Assembly (NCBI GenBank): GCA_036172245.1
Contig: JAYWIR010000004.1
Span: 5,394,001-5,458,000, forward strand
Direction of reading: 5' to 3'
Source of the DNA: Raillietiella orientalis
Lineage: Eukaryota
Length of the DNA stretch: 64,000 nucleotides
Positions 45,601-58,800 of the stretch are shown here, piece by piece. A program made the translations under genes and the position numbers. How positions within the stretch are numbered: position 1 is the stretch's first letter; each line of letters begins with the position of its first letter. The notes below the pieces were generated by a model that was not told the origin of the DNA, ran no database searches, and worked only from the letters and a program-made list of their open reading frames with translations.

Positions 45601-48600
45601 CGTCCGCTCCCCGGAAGGAAGAACGTGAAATTTGCCCACCTCGGTCGCGGCAGTTTTCCCGCGCTTGTCGTGTAGGGGGAAGAAGGAACCGTTCCTAGGA
45701 GACGCGCTTTCCCTCTTCGGGAGTCATTAGCGCGGAGGTTTCACGTCCTTTCTATTCCGGAAGCAGGTGCCTTCGCTCCTCTTTCCCCCCTCCTCCCTTC
45801 CGACGTTCTAGCCATCCTGTTTTTTTCCTGCTCCCTTTCTTCCTTTCGCCTCTGCCTCCTGCACCTCCCTCCTCCTCGTGGAGACGGGCTTCGGCAGGGG
45901 TTGACGACCTCACGGCGGGAAGCCCTGCGTTGTGAAGCGACGGGATCCTCCCGGAAGGCTGCAGCGGCCACGCCGCTGTCGTCCTTCCGCCTTCCTCGTG
46001 CCTTCTCTAGGATGCGCGCGCAGCCTCGCCGGAAGAGCGCGGGCGAGCGAACGACTGCACCGGTAGGAGGACATCCCTTCCCTCGTCGGGATTTCGTCCT
46101 CTTTTTCCAGCGGGGAGGATCCGTGGATTCCGGGAGGAAAAGGAGGAGTGAAAGGAAGGGTCCATCTCCGCGAAGGTCTCCCCTCCTCGTCCCCCGCGCT
46201 ACTGCGCATTGGAAGGAGCCGGCGGACGAACCACGATGGAGGGGGGCGGGAATGAGGAGACCGCGTGGCGCCAGTTCCTGCCGAAAGGTCTCACGCGAGT
46301 GTGAGGGGCGACAGTCTATCCGTGCGGTCTTCCCCGCGGCAGCCGAGGCGACAGGGAGAACCACGGGGATCCCTGGTGATCCACTGAAAGGACCGAATGC
46401 TGTAGAAACGCTTGAGGCTCTTCCGAAGAGCGATGCGGGGGTGGGGAAGGGGCGACCTGCCAGCGGAAGGGACGAAGGATGAGGATTGGAAGAGGAAGGG
46501 CGAGGAATCTAAAGGAAGGAAGGACGGAAGGAGAGAGAGTTGGGGGATGGGAGTAGAAGGGGCAGCAGCGTAAGGTTACGCTGAGCACGATGGAGACGTG
46601 CTCAGCGTCGAAACGAGAACATTCTGATCCGCAGTCCGAGGAGTCCTGAGGGTTCGTCCGGAAGGGAAGTGTAAGCTCACGTCGGGGGCACGGGACGCGC
46701 GCCCGGAGCAGATCGCGCTGGCTCTCTTCCGCCTCGCGTTCCCTCCCTGGAGTCTTGGCGGGCGGGAGCCTCTTGCATCTCCACGCGCGTGTTCCGACCC
46801 TCCGAAGGTCCCGAGAGTCCAGAACGTGGGGAGGAAGGAGAAGAAAAAGCGGCTGGTCGTCCGCAGAGCTTCAGTCGGCAGCCTCCCCATCCTCTTCCTT
46901 CTTGCCGCCACGACTGCCGCCCACCGACGCCTCCTGTTGCCATTTGGGTACAGAAGATCCCTCGAAGACTTCTGGATCACGTGATGGAGGAGGAAGAAGA
47001 TGCTGCCACAGACCATTTCCTACCATGCCATTTCTTTTACGAGAAGCGGCACCGCTGCTGATTCCGGCAGGTGGCCGCAGCCCTTCCTCTTCCCCCTGAG
47101 GCAGGTGATCTGCGAATTGGAGAGAGGTCTTCTTCACAGGGACCTACTGCCGGGTGGGTAGGGGCTCCACGAGAGATCCTCTCTCGTCTGCCGTCCCCGG
47201 ATTTATTGCTCCCGTCTGTCGGCAGTTGCGTCTCCGTCCGCCTCCTGCCTCAGTTCAGCTACCCCTCCCCCCCATCTCTTTTCAGGAAGGAAACCTGACT
47301 TTGAAAGGATACAGAGGGTGGTGGCATGCCGCCTCCTCAGGACGCATGAGTGGATGGTGGTTATCCGCGAATGCGACACTGCTTCCGGGAAAGTAGGTTC
47401 GAACCTCGGAGTGCGGGGGCTGCCTTCCTGTCCGCCCGAGGGACTCCACTTCCCAGAAGGATGCCCTCTGGCCGTCTGGAGCTGACCAGTCAGGAGGAAA
47501 GTCGAGACTTCCTAAAGCGACAGCGACCCCCTCCATCTTCCCGCGGCCCTTGGGGCAAGAGGGTGCAGAATGCCCAGAGGATGAAGAACCCAGGCACGGA
47601 ATCGTCCGCGGCCAAAGGAATCTGGAGGGCGGTCCCTCTTGCTCCCGGAACGTGCCAAGCCCTCTCGGAGGGAACGGCAGGAGCCTCATCGGATAAGCGC
47701 GCTCGGGTGTTTAGTGGCTGCTCCACCCTGAACGTGCGGCCATGAAGAGATATCCTATATTCCGCGAAGGGATTCAGGGTCCATAGCAACCCCCGACGCT
47801 GGGATCGGAGCGCTCCTTCCATAAAAGCAAAGAATCTTCCTCATCATAGCTTTCTTCTTTCAGAGAGGAAGATCCTCTCACTTTTTGGCACTGATGAATG
47901 ACGGATGATGACGGAATGCTCTCCAACTTGGCAAAGATCCCCGGATTTATTGCTCTCATCGTCAGGATGTTTTTCCTGCTGTTTCGTCGGACTCCAAGGC
48001 ATCAGCTGGCTGGGGATTTCAAAAACAAAAAGAACAAGAGGAAGAAAGAAAGACAAAAACTTCTGCTACAGCTGGGATGTTTTTTGTTGGTTTTTTATTA
48101 GAAATGGACTAACAGTCGAGGTAGAGGTCCCTTTCTTCTCAGGCAGCAAAGATTCCTCGTGCGCTCTCTCAGCATCAGAATATTTCGAGAACACGATAGG
48201 AGGGACCTGGAAGGGAGGGCATAGTCCTCAGTGTCACCGCAGTGAGGTGACACCACACATTCCCTTGCAAGAGCGGCCATACTTCTCAGAGGGCCGATAG
48301 CAAGGGTCTCTTGAAGTTTCCGACCGATTTCGAGGGCACCGCGATCACTGCGTCCATCCTCAAACACAGTTCGAGTCTCAGCGACGAGCGGGGATGCCGC
48401 TATGGCAGGAGGAAGCTTGAGCGCGCGTCCTTCGCAACCGCCTCTTCACCCCGTTCACGCTCCTCCAGCCCGCTCCCGTTGCCAAGGAGCCCACGGGCCG
48501 GGCTCCTGGTGGTGGCTCGTTCTAAAGCCTTCCAGGTTGACCCCTGAGTCTTGTGGAAGGTTTGACTGGAAAGAAGGTCACCCTTTTCCCCGTCGTGCCG

Positions 48601-51363
48601 CCTCCGACACCTCTCACGCTCGTGGCAGGTACTCTGCGTCCTCCTTTTCCGCCTGTGACAGCGAAGGGGCACCTCGAACGCATCTGATCTCCGGAGATCA
48701 AAGGTCGTGCGTCCCTCCACGCCGCAGCAGAGATGCTTGCTTTTCACAGGGTCTCCTGAAAATCTCATGCGTTTCCGGATGTGGGTTCGGACCCCGTATG
48801 TGGGTTCCCCCCCTTCGGCTTCTCCGAAGTTGACCCTGCGAGACTCGGGTCAGACTCTCGGAAATTGGGATGCTCCAATCGGGGAGAGGCGGTGATGATG
48901 TGGGGCCACATCTCTAGCTGCGGATTCCTGCCTGGATGAATGGTGGAAGAGCTCCCTCTTTCCGCAAAGGGGTCACCAGTCCTCGGGAAAATCCACTCGT
49001 AACGAGTGATGTCCCGGTCTCACTGCTACCGACCTCCTCTTTTCCCTGCACGCTGCGCTGCTTCTCCTCCTGCGTCTGCTCGCGAGGTGCGCCCTTCATC
49101 TAGAGATTCGGGAAACTGCGCGTTTCCTCTCTGGCTCTCCGCCTCCTTCGAAAAAGCAAGACTCGCTTCCCTTGAGCGGATCGCATCCAAGCCTCCAGGA
49201 GATGCGGTAGCCTCTCCGGATAGACGTGGCAACCCTGCTGAAAGGGGAAGAGCCCTCCCTCTCCCTCTTTCAATGGCTCCTCGAGAAGTGACCTCCGGCT
49301 TCCACGCGGAAATCAGCGCTCCGCGCTGGATGCGCCGCTGCATCCCAGGGTACTCATATTCTCCCCTGGACGCGTGCGCATCCGACGTCTCTTCTGAAAT
49401 CCTTGCATCCACTGTTTGCTTCGGTTACGATGACGACGGACCGACGGCAGTCGTCGACGGGTGGAGGTGCCTCTCTCTGCGACTTCACAGCAATGCGAAG
49501 GAGCGCCCAGAACATCTGGGAATGCTGCCGAGGTCTGCTGGTCTTCAGGCGGGAAACCGCCGCAGGACGGGCCGGCTATCGCTTGCGGCACATGGAAGCG
49601 GGCTTTCATCTCCCCCCCCTCGCCGTCGCGAGTGACCCCTTGTCTTCTTTTACGTCGGGAACGAATTGCTTTCCCGGGCAGCGCTTTTCTCTTCGCCTTC
49701 TCCCGCTGCTGCTCCTTCCTCTTACCTCCCGCAGCTCCACGCAGCTCTACCGTCTCGGAGCTGGGGTGACGGGCGTGACTTGGCTCGAGACGCACCACCC
49801 CATCTCGGTGGCTTCTGCGACTCTCGCGGCGGGATCGTTTTTCGGGAAGGGAGCCAGAATTGTTCCTTCCGGCTTCCTCTCCCATCCATCTTTGCGAGGA
49901 TTCGCGTCGGTTCCCACGGGCGCTGAAGCGTTCGCCGGGACACCCTGTGCGCCGCGAAAGGACCCATTCTGGCTGCTGGTTCGTCTTCCTGAGCCAGTCG
50001 CGGGGATCCCCTCCCCCTAAGGAATCAGCGAAGGGAGTTCATTCCGCCTCCAGATTCCTTCTCTCCCCATCAGCGGAACATCCCTAACCAAGAGCACCGG
50101 GAGGAGGACGAAGATTCTCTCTCTATCCTCCTCCTCTTGACCTCCTATAAAGTGCCTCAGGGATTCCTGGAATCACCGTCGTCCAAGTGGCCGGACACCA
50201 TGAGGCCACTGCAGGAGTCTCCTTGAACGTGGGGCAGGGAGGATAAGGGAGCACCGCGTTTCTCGGATCGAGCATCTCCTTCGGGAGAGCGGGATGGTGC
50301 TTCCCAGCCGAGGGGAGCTCCACGGTTTCTTGCATCGAAGCAAGTCCGCGTGCGCGACTCCGCCCGCCCCTGTCCCTCTTCCTCCTTTCTCACATCCTGC
50401 CGTGTCACCGAGGGGTGCATCCTTCGGTGACGGCGTGCGTGTCGGCACCGTGGAAGAGAGGCACTCGGTGAGCCTCATCTTGGCCTCGAAGCATGGGGTC
50501 CGCAGGCGGTGGCCGCTTCGGCCAGAGCCAGGGAGGGAGCACACTCGCATCCCAGAGAAGCAGGTCGGCGAAAAAGAGAGGGGAGGGAACCTTCGCCGGG
50601 CATCCTGACGACCTTTTCATGTCGACGCCAGCGGGCGGAGGGGCAGCGGAACCTATGCTTCTCTCCCGACTCTCTCAGCCGCGCGCCTTTCTCTCGACGA
50701 GTCTCGGAACGGAGATGCCAACGAACGCATCCGGAAGGTCAGGAGGTCCTCCATCGCGGACGAGGAGGGGTCGCTGTTTCGACCGTCGACCGGATGCACC
50801 AGAAAGACTCCTTCGACGGCTGCCCGTGGACACCTCTCCCTTTCGGATCCTGAGTCTGCCTCCCGCCTTACGACACGCGCAGCGTTCCTGGAAAGGAGGC
50901 GAACTATTCCCTTTGAGGCTTCCTCATCCGCCTCCAGGCTATTCGCATTCCAGGATCGGAACCCGCCCCGAAGTTCGGTACCCCGCGCGGATTGCTGGAG
51001 GCGTGGTCCCCGGTGCATGATGTCAGCACACAAAAGGTTGGGTCGGCGGGCAGGCGGGGATGCGGCACGGATTGAACGGAGGGTGCCAAAAGAGACGTTT
51101 CGGGAGAAACTGGAGAGCGGGGCGCTGCCCTCTCTCTCCTTGGTTTATCATGCGGTCACGTCGGGACGTTGATTATAAAAAATAAACATACATATGTAGG
51201 GTCATTGGCCCTTCGTTGTCCGAAAATGCTCTCGGAACCTGCCGAGTAACCGGTACACAGGCCGGCGATGTTCGTCTCGGCAGCGGAGGGAGGGGGGAGG
51301 CAGACAAAAATAATAAAAAAACAGAAAAACATCTATAAAAAATTGGGAGGGTTAGGGAAAGGA

Positions 51364-52400
51364 TCACCGGGAGCTGGAGGGTGTCCTCTGTATCCTTTCC
51401 AGGATGCCAGCAAGTTCCATCTGAGTGAGCCCCAGCCATCTAGCTGCCGTCCACAGGAGGCTCAGGGAGAAGCAGATGGCATTCCCATCGTGCTGTCCTC
51501 CCATCACGTAGCTCCAGGCCGCCGCAATCCCGCAGCGTAGGTAGCAGCAAAGAGCTGCTAGGGATGCGGCAGGCGAAAGGGCATTGCTTACTAAGAGACG
51601 CTTCATCACATCCCCGGGATTGTCCGTCAATGCACCAAGGACCGTTGCGTAACGCAACCACAGGGTAAAGAGGGCAACACGGTCTACAAGCAGATGCGGT
51701 AGGGATTCCTGTTCCCTGGACCTGCCACAGTTCGGGTCCACCGCCCCCCGTGTCCAGTGAGACTGGAGAACGTTGCATGGGAGGCCCCAGTGCGACTGCA
51801 GAAGTGCCGACTCCTGCCACTTCAGAGGGAGGGCCCCATTGTTCTTCAGCGCTGGGGATCTGAGGTCTTCCTGTGGGATTCCCAGCAGTTCACCCCAGAG
51901 CTATAGTCCCTTCAGTGGGGTACTTGAGGTAGCGTCGTCCGTGAGCTGGCCCGTGGTCCAAGCACCTAGCTCCTTCGTCCGAAGACCTATTTCGAAACTG
52001 ATCTCCCATTGGGCCAGCTGTCTACTTCCCAGTTGCTCCCTGAGGGAGGGCAGCACTGCGGCTAGGGAGGTTCCTTGCTCCCACACACGCGTGGTGGGCT
52101 GGATATCACGTTCTGCAGCGAGTGGCTGCTTTTGAAGGAGTGCAGCAGTCGCTGCTGCATCTCCGGGTCCGCTTCGTTGTTCTTGGCCCATGTGGGGACG
52201 GTTTCCTGCAACCAGGCGCTATCGTTCGCGGGCCGGCAGAAGATCCAGTTGTTGATCCTGCTTAGCTTGGCCACCCGCCGGAGCTCCAGTCCGCAGCTGG
52301 ACACGTTGCATCGGCGCTGTTGCTCCAGGAACGAAGACAGTCTCGCGTAGCTGGTGGCTCGCTTGACCAGGTATGCGGGCGTGCTCTCTCTTTGGCGTTC
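51364..52400 (-). mobile_element. Decayed 5'-truncated non-LTR retrotransposon (Tx1/L1-like) ORF2 3' end
   Basis: Minus-strand 51831->51658 reads LPLKWQESALLQSHWGLPCNVLQSHWTRGAVDPNCGRSREQESLPHLLVDRVALFTLW, fitting the zf-RVT pattern (P-K..H..LP..DP.C..C..E.S/T..HL..C..W) with two Cys lost. It is in frame with ORF 51901..52191 across one stop. Boundaries are approximate. Confidence 0.55.
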
Positions 52401-55400
52401 AGCCGGGAATGCTTGACCCGAGGATCGCCGCGCGACTGGACACGCATCCAACCAACTTCTACGAGTCATCGGACGGGATTTTCGACCGCGCCTTCTCTCC
52501 GCCTCTGGTCCTCTGAGTCACTTTCCCCTTTCTCCCTCAAGAGATACGGGTTCGGAGAACTTAGGTTCCCTCGCGCGCGCCGACGGCGATTCTACTCGGT
52601 GTCCTTCTGGGTCTCGGGACGACTCGTTCCTTCCTCTTCTTTTGAGCGGAGGCCCGGGTATCCCCAGATGGCGCTTCCATGCGTCTCGCCCGACCAGCCC
52701 CTTATCGGGCAGGGCACGGAAAGAGGAGTCGGAGGAGGGAGGAGAGTTTCACCGCCGTAGGGAGGGAGGCTCCCGTTCTCCCGGTGCCCGAGATCTGACA
52801 GACTCTTGCATGCGTGCACGCGCGTACACTGCGGGTCGGGAGCCTGCGTGGCAGTTCTGTCCCGGGCGTGTCTTAGCCCTGGGACGGAACCGCGTCTCTC
52901 CCCTCCCTTCCCGACACGGTCCGTCCGGCCGCCTCCAGGGGTCGCCTCTTAGGGCTCCAAGAGGAACTTTTCTTACCTCGCTTTTCTATCGTCAGGTGCC
53001 CACCGGTCCAGCCGGATGAGCAGGGAGAGAATCCCTCAGCCCTCCCCCCAGCGCCATCCCATCCCCCCCTTTTCGACTCCAGGTGAAATCGGGAGCGCTG
53101 CGTGTCAGCCGAGATCATTGCACTTTTGATCGCTGCACGCCGCTGCATTGATCACGGCGAGCCGATCGATTCCTCTTTCCCTCAGCAGCTTTGTCAGGTG
53201 TCTCCGTCCTCATAAGAGGAGCATCGGCCCGGGATGCGAGGGTGCGCAAGCGGGACGGGATGCCTGCTCCACCCAGAAAGGATGAAGCGAGAGAAAAATC
53301 AGTGGATGGTGCCAGGGAAGAAATCGCGGGGAGGGAGGGAGAGAAAGGGAGGGGGAGTAGGAGGAAGGGAAGGAGAGAGAGATAGGCCATTCCCCACGCT
53401 CCAACCAGATCGAGAGGATGCGCAAGGTTAGATCCAAGGACGTGATACCTACATCAAGAGCTTAGAGAGGGAGGAGGGAGGAAAGAAGGAGTGAGGGAAT
53501 GCGCTGAGTGCAGAGAGAGGGGGAGGGAGGGGGAAGAGGGAATGATCATCATCCACGTGGCTCTTTGGGGACTGGCAAGCGACTGTCAGAGAGCCCTCTC
53601 GAGACAGATCAGGCTAAGAAGCTCTCACGAGAGCGCGTGGAAGAGAAAGACGGGACGACGGGATGAAGGGTGGTGCGTGGAGAGGAGAGAGGAACCTCGT
53701 CCGTGAGAGCGAGGAGGAACTTCTACGGCAGTTCCTTCCGGAAGCGTCTCTCACAGTGTCACCAGAATCAGGATAGAAGGGAGGGAGGGAGGGAGGGGGG
53801 AGAACAAGGAGACGAATTCAGGGAGGAACGAGAGGGAAGAGCGGTAGTTTGAGAGCACCTCCACCGCCTCGTAGTGATCTTCCGCGATCCTCAAAAGCAC
53901 CAGCGGTGACGACCCGGGCAGGTTTCAAAAGAGCGCAGCAGGGAAAGGAAGGGAGGGAGGAGAGCTCCCTGGTCTGCACCTGGCAGCTGCTCTCTCCGTG
54001 GGCGAAGATGCGGGGCAACGACTCCAAGCGGGAATATGCCTGGCGTGTGGGTCGGCGCTCGAGGTTTCCTCGAGGGGGCGGAGGTGGAAGGGCGAGCGCG
54101 CGCTATCCGCCCACCTCGAGCGGAGAGATCATCTGACTCGAGCAGGACCGAGAGCCGTCGCTGGGTCTCCCTCGCGCAAGCTACCTCCCCATGCACCCCG
54201 CATCCAGGAGCGCACGCGACGGGCAGGTCGAGCAAGCAGTGGGGTCAGATGTGGTCGGAGAGGTCGGTTGCCCCGACAGTGAAATCCGTCGAATGACCGA
54301 TGCGCGGCGGTGCATCTCGGAGAGTGCCCTCGGGGAAAAAATCTCAAAGGCGGAGGAGTTTTCCTACGGAGCAGTCACGCACCCACGCTTGCCGGTAGGT
54401 TCCCCTACTGACAAGCGGGGCCAGAGGGAAGGGAGCTGCGCGCGTGACCTGTGCGGGTGTCAGGATTCCGCGGTGCTCCACCTGCCGCCGCCTGCGTTCC
54501 CGTTCTCTGCCGCTGCCTGCTCCCGGCCTACGGAGAGGTCCCTCCACCCGCCGGCGATCCCAAGATGGACTCCTCGGAGGAGCTGGTTCTCGATCCCACG
54601 GCTACGAGTCCACCCCGCCCGTGTCCAGACGGACGATGGCTGCCTGCTGGAGCTGCGCCGCATCTCCTGCTCCGAAACCAGCCGCCGTTGCTTCCGGCCT
54701 TCCAGTCCGGCACGGGCTGCTCGGCTCGTCGGACGACTGGACGATCCAGTAGCCCTCCAAGTTCGCCAGCGTTTTCCCTCGCGAACGAAAGGCGTGTCGC
54801 TTGGATGGGTGACTTCCGAGGAAACGCCCACAGCACGGGCCGGCTTCAGGACCATCTCGACAGCAACTACCGGGACTTCAGCTTGAACGAGATGGTTGCC
54901 CACGGCCTCCGTGGACCGCGTCTTGCAGGAAGAAAAGCTGCTTTGACTCGCGTGGGCGAGAGCCCAACGGACCATCCACGAGGGAATCGTCGGTACGTAA
55001 CGAGTAAAAAAAAAAAAGCCGCTCTTTCTCTCCTTTGGGTGAGAATCGGGAAGAGATGGGAATGGGGGAAGGTGCCCCTGAGGATTATCCGCATCCGACC
55101 GAAGGTGGTGTCTGATCCGCGAAAGAACATTCCCCCCTTCTTGTAGGGAAAGACGACGCCAGCGATGCTTCTCGCACAAGAGATCAGATGAAAGGGAAAG
55201 TGTCAGCTGAGGTGTTTCAGGTGTCCTGGAGCCCCGCTGCAGTTCTCTGTTTCTCCTGCTGAGTTTTCTTCCCTGCCTGAGAAGCGGGAAGGGCGAGAGA
55301 CGTCATCTACCTCGATTGCCACGCGTTCTCATCTTCCGTCGCTACACGCACACACGCGCAAAAAAAGAAAGAAAGAGAAAAGATCACCAGGGCGACTTGT

Positions 55401-58019
55401 GGGTCGAGCCATTTCCAGCAACTTCCTTCAGTCGGTCGGCGGCATCGAGGGGTGAGACCCCAGTTTCTCGGTTCCTCGAAAAATCCTTTCCCCTTCTCAA
55501 GGTAGTCACTGATGACGTGAAGGTTGCGGAGGGAGAACTCCATAGGGACGCCTTCGCTCCTCCGTCGCAGGGACGCAGGAAACTTGCTTTTTCCTCCCCT
55601 CTCCGAGAGGAGATTCACCTCGCCGTCTCTCGTTCCGGCAGCATCCCTAGCCGGAGCATCCCGGAGAGAGAGAGACAAAGAGAGAGATGCGTCCGTTTGG
55701 GCAGCTTCTCTTCCCTCGATCCAATCCCAGACTGGTGCAAGATGAGTCCCCTGGAGGCCCCTTCGCGTATTCGTTTCCCCCTCGTTTCCCGTGGCTTGGT
55801 CTCCAAGAGTCCCCTTCCTGATTTTTTTTTGTTCCCCCCTCCCCCGCCCCCGAAATTCTCGCGTTTTCCTCCGGCGGTGCCCGCCTCGAGGCCTTTTGTT
55901 CTTTGGCCCGCAAGAGGGGGGGGGGGATCGGCCGATTTGTTTCATCCCACGGAAGGTGCGAGGGCGGAAAAATTCCTCCAGCGCTTCTGTTTCGTCGAAC
56001 TTGCTGCGTGCAACTCCGGGAACGGAGGCGCGAACCCGGTTCGACTCGAGGAAGAACATATCCAGTTACGTCTCCCCGCTCCCGGATCGTTGTCTGGAGC
56101 TCAGAAGTGCTCCCAAGAGCCCACAAGGCCAGTCTCTGTTCCAGAGGCTCCAGCGGGAAGCGTCGAGGTGCTCCGCTTTTCGTCTCGCTGAGGCACGCGA
56201 GAGAGGCGGCGAGAGCCTGAGAGCGGAGGTACAGAGCTGGAGAGGCTGTGGAAGATGCGGGCGGCGTTCATGGAGCCGGTCGCATCCTTCTCTCGATCCT
56301 CAATCCTCCCTCCCGACGGGAAGCGCAATTCTTCCTTTTTTTCTTTTCTTTTGCATGTCTGATTTGCGCCCGCGCCTTCCCAGGAATTGAAGGGGCCTTG
56401 CGAAACGGGGGAGGAATACCGCGGAAAAAAGCACCTGCGATAGGGAACTCCACCAGAGGAACGAGGAACCCTCGCTCGCGAAAGGTCATCAGCGTCCTCC
56501 AGCACGCTCTGATCCGAGAAAAGACGGCCAGGACCAGCAAAGCGAGATCCCACCACCGACGGCAGTCCGAAAGCCCCGTCAACTTGCGAAGCCATCTGTC
56601 GTTCAAGAATGCTCCCCGTTCGCTCCTTTGTTCGGATTACGGTTTCTGGTGACGAGCAGCGGGTGAACCATTTCAGGATGTGAGAAGCAGCGCAAGGACT
56701 AGGAGAGAGAGGAAAGTCTTTTAGGGACGTGCAGTCTTCGTCCAGAGAAGGAAAAAAAAAAAAACAAGTGAAGAGAAACCCTGCCGACTACGTCCTGAGC
56801 TGGGTTGAAAGGGGAAGCTTTTTCTTCTCGCTCGGAATCGTGTGGCGCACGATCTTGCGCGTACGCCCAATGATTTTTCTTTTTACGGACCTGGTGCGGC
56901 TGTTGCAGCTATTGACCAACGATCTACGCTGCACTGAACGTTCACAAGAGACCTCATTCGCGATGTTGGCGAGTCAGGGAGAGATCATTCTCAGAGAAAA
57001 TTCTCCGAAAAACTGGCCGCAACCTGCACGAATCCCCTCTGCAACGGCATCTGAGACTTTCTAACGGATCTCAGCGGTATCTTAGCGGTGTTTCGTTCAT
57101 TAGGCTGAGGCTACAGCATTCTCTATCTCAATTCCACCTCCCCGTTTTCTATACAGAAGTGGAAGAACGAAGAACATGACTGTTGCTGTGCTTAAGCTTC
57201 TCTTGTCTTGTTCCCATTATTCCGTTTTACCACATGGTTGCCTGGATACTGCAGTGGCATGAAATCGAGTGATAGCATTCGGAGCAGCTTGCATCACCGC
57301 TAATGATGAGAGATCAACTTTCCTCACACAAAAATCACATGCCAAGAGTTTCAGTGCGCCTTGCAGCTCCCATTTCAATGAAAGAGCAACAAAGAAGGAA
57401 TGGTGACGTCGAGTTATCTCGTCAGCAAAAAGCAAAAGAGACATCTTGAATAGAGATCATAGCACGGAATCAAAAAGACGGATCTGCATGAGAGCCCTCC
57501 TACGAACGCCCTCCTGAATTTTGCAGGACGAGAATCCGTGGCACCCGTTGCCTAGTGTTCCCACTACGATCTGAAAGATCCTGTCCAGCAAGCAGGAGAG
57601 ATGTCCGGCGAGGAGTAGTCATTGCGGCCTAAGAAAAGGAAACTGCATAGTCATACCCGACGCGTGGCTGACCTTTAGAAAGCACGGAGTCACAACAGCA
57701 GCACTCGAGAAAAGAAACGGATGAGAACCAGCAGTCTTCATTGAGCCAACGGAGGTGTTACATGGAACGAGGACTCCATGATTAGTCTCATTCTTTCGTC
57801 CTCAGGAAATCAGAAGTCAGTTCTCGCGATTATCGTCGGGTCTTTGAGATCCCAAGAGCGACGATGTTCTGCATAAACTTCAAGAACTGAGAATTCCGAG
57901 AAACGTGCCCGAACCAGATCTTATTCAGTGAGCGGAGGGGCTAACAGAGAACAAAGGGGACAAGATGTTCATGATCCTCACCATCTTCACGCCCTGTCCA
58001 TCTTTTTGTTCTGCCCGTA

Positions 58020-58800
58020 TGAGGTCATGGTATCATTTCGGAAAATTCTTCGTCCACGTCAACCTCAGCTGGTGCCGTATCTTCGTGCGCGATGTTCCGG
58101 GTGATTTCTTCATCGGAGGAATGGCCCAATCTGTGAGTATGTTCGCTGTCAGGGGCAACCATCGTTTTGTCAAGGTATAGCCGCGCGATCTCCAGCTCTT
58201 CGCATTCCTTATTCAGGGCTCCGACAGCCACCTGAACATCCACTGCTGACAGAAGAGACACAGAAGGGTCCTTGCATTTGGTTCGCTTTCTTTCCCGAGC
58301 GCTTCAGGACGCGTTTCAAGGGCGCTCTCGAAAGGGCAAGCAAAGGAAAGTGCAGCGTGGTCATCCTGCTGCCCTTGCGCAGTACCAGGTGCGGACGGAG
58401 ACGAGAGCTGATGCCAGTCGTGAGCTTCTCGCAAGAACCCGCTTCCCAGGTCCTTCCCGCTGTTCCCTTCAGACGGCGAAGCAGCGCGTCACGTGTCCAG
58501 GGTGTGCAGCAGGGAGTGCCACGGGCAGGCCAGCATCCAACGCAGTCGGCAGGGTGCGATCCCGAGCTTGGCGTCTTCCGCGACCGCGATGTCGCTTGCG
58601 ATGTGCGATCCTCCTGACCAGGAGCACGTGGCTGAGCCGGAACCAATCTGTAATCTGAAAATCGGATGCACCCCTTGGAGCAGCTCGATCTTGTACGTAA
58701 TTCGACGCGTGATGTGGCTTTTCCCTCGTTCTAAGAGCAAAGATGTCCTGCAAGAGCTGGGCATTTCTCGGACTCAGGTGAACCAGCTCTCATCATTGAG
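58020..58800 (-). mobile_element. Possible highly decayed Tigger/pogo-type (DDE_1) transposase C-terminal relic
   Basis: Frameshifted minus-strand fragments occur in the order expected: W..*VREM...RTSLLLERGKSH...KIELL, LLVRRI, LDA, MLACPW, VTRCF, then acidic SDEEI...VDVDEE. Pattern recognition only. Confidence 0.35.

Noticed and set aside
47303..47317. 15-nt inverted match to ~51385-51399 (GAAAGGATACAGAGG)
   Set aside because: A few 15-mer matches are expected by chance in 64 kb and the match does not extend.
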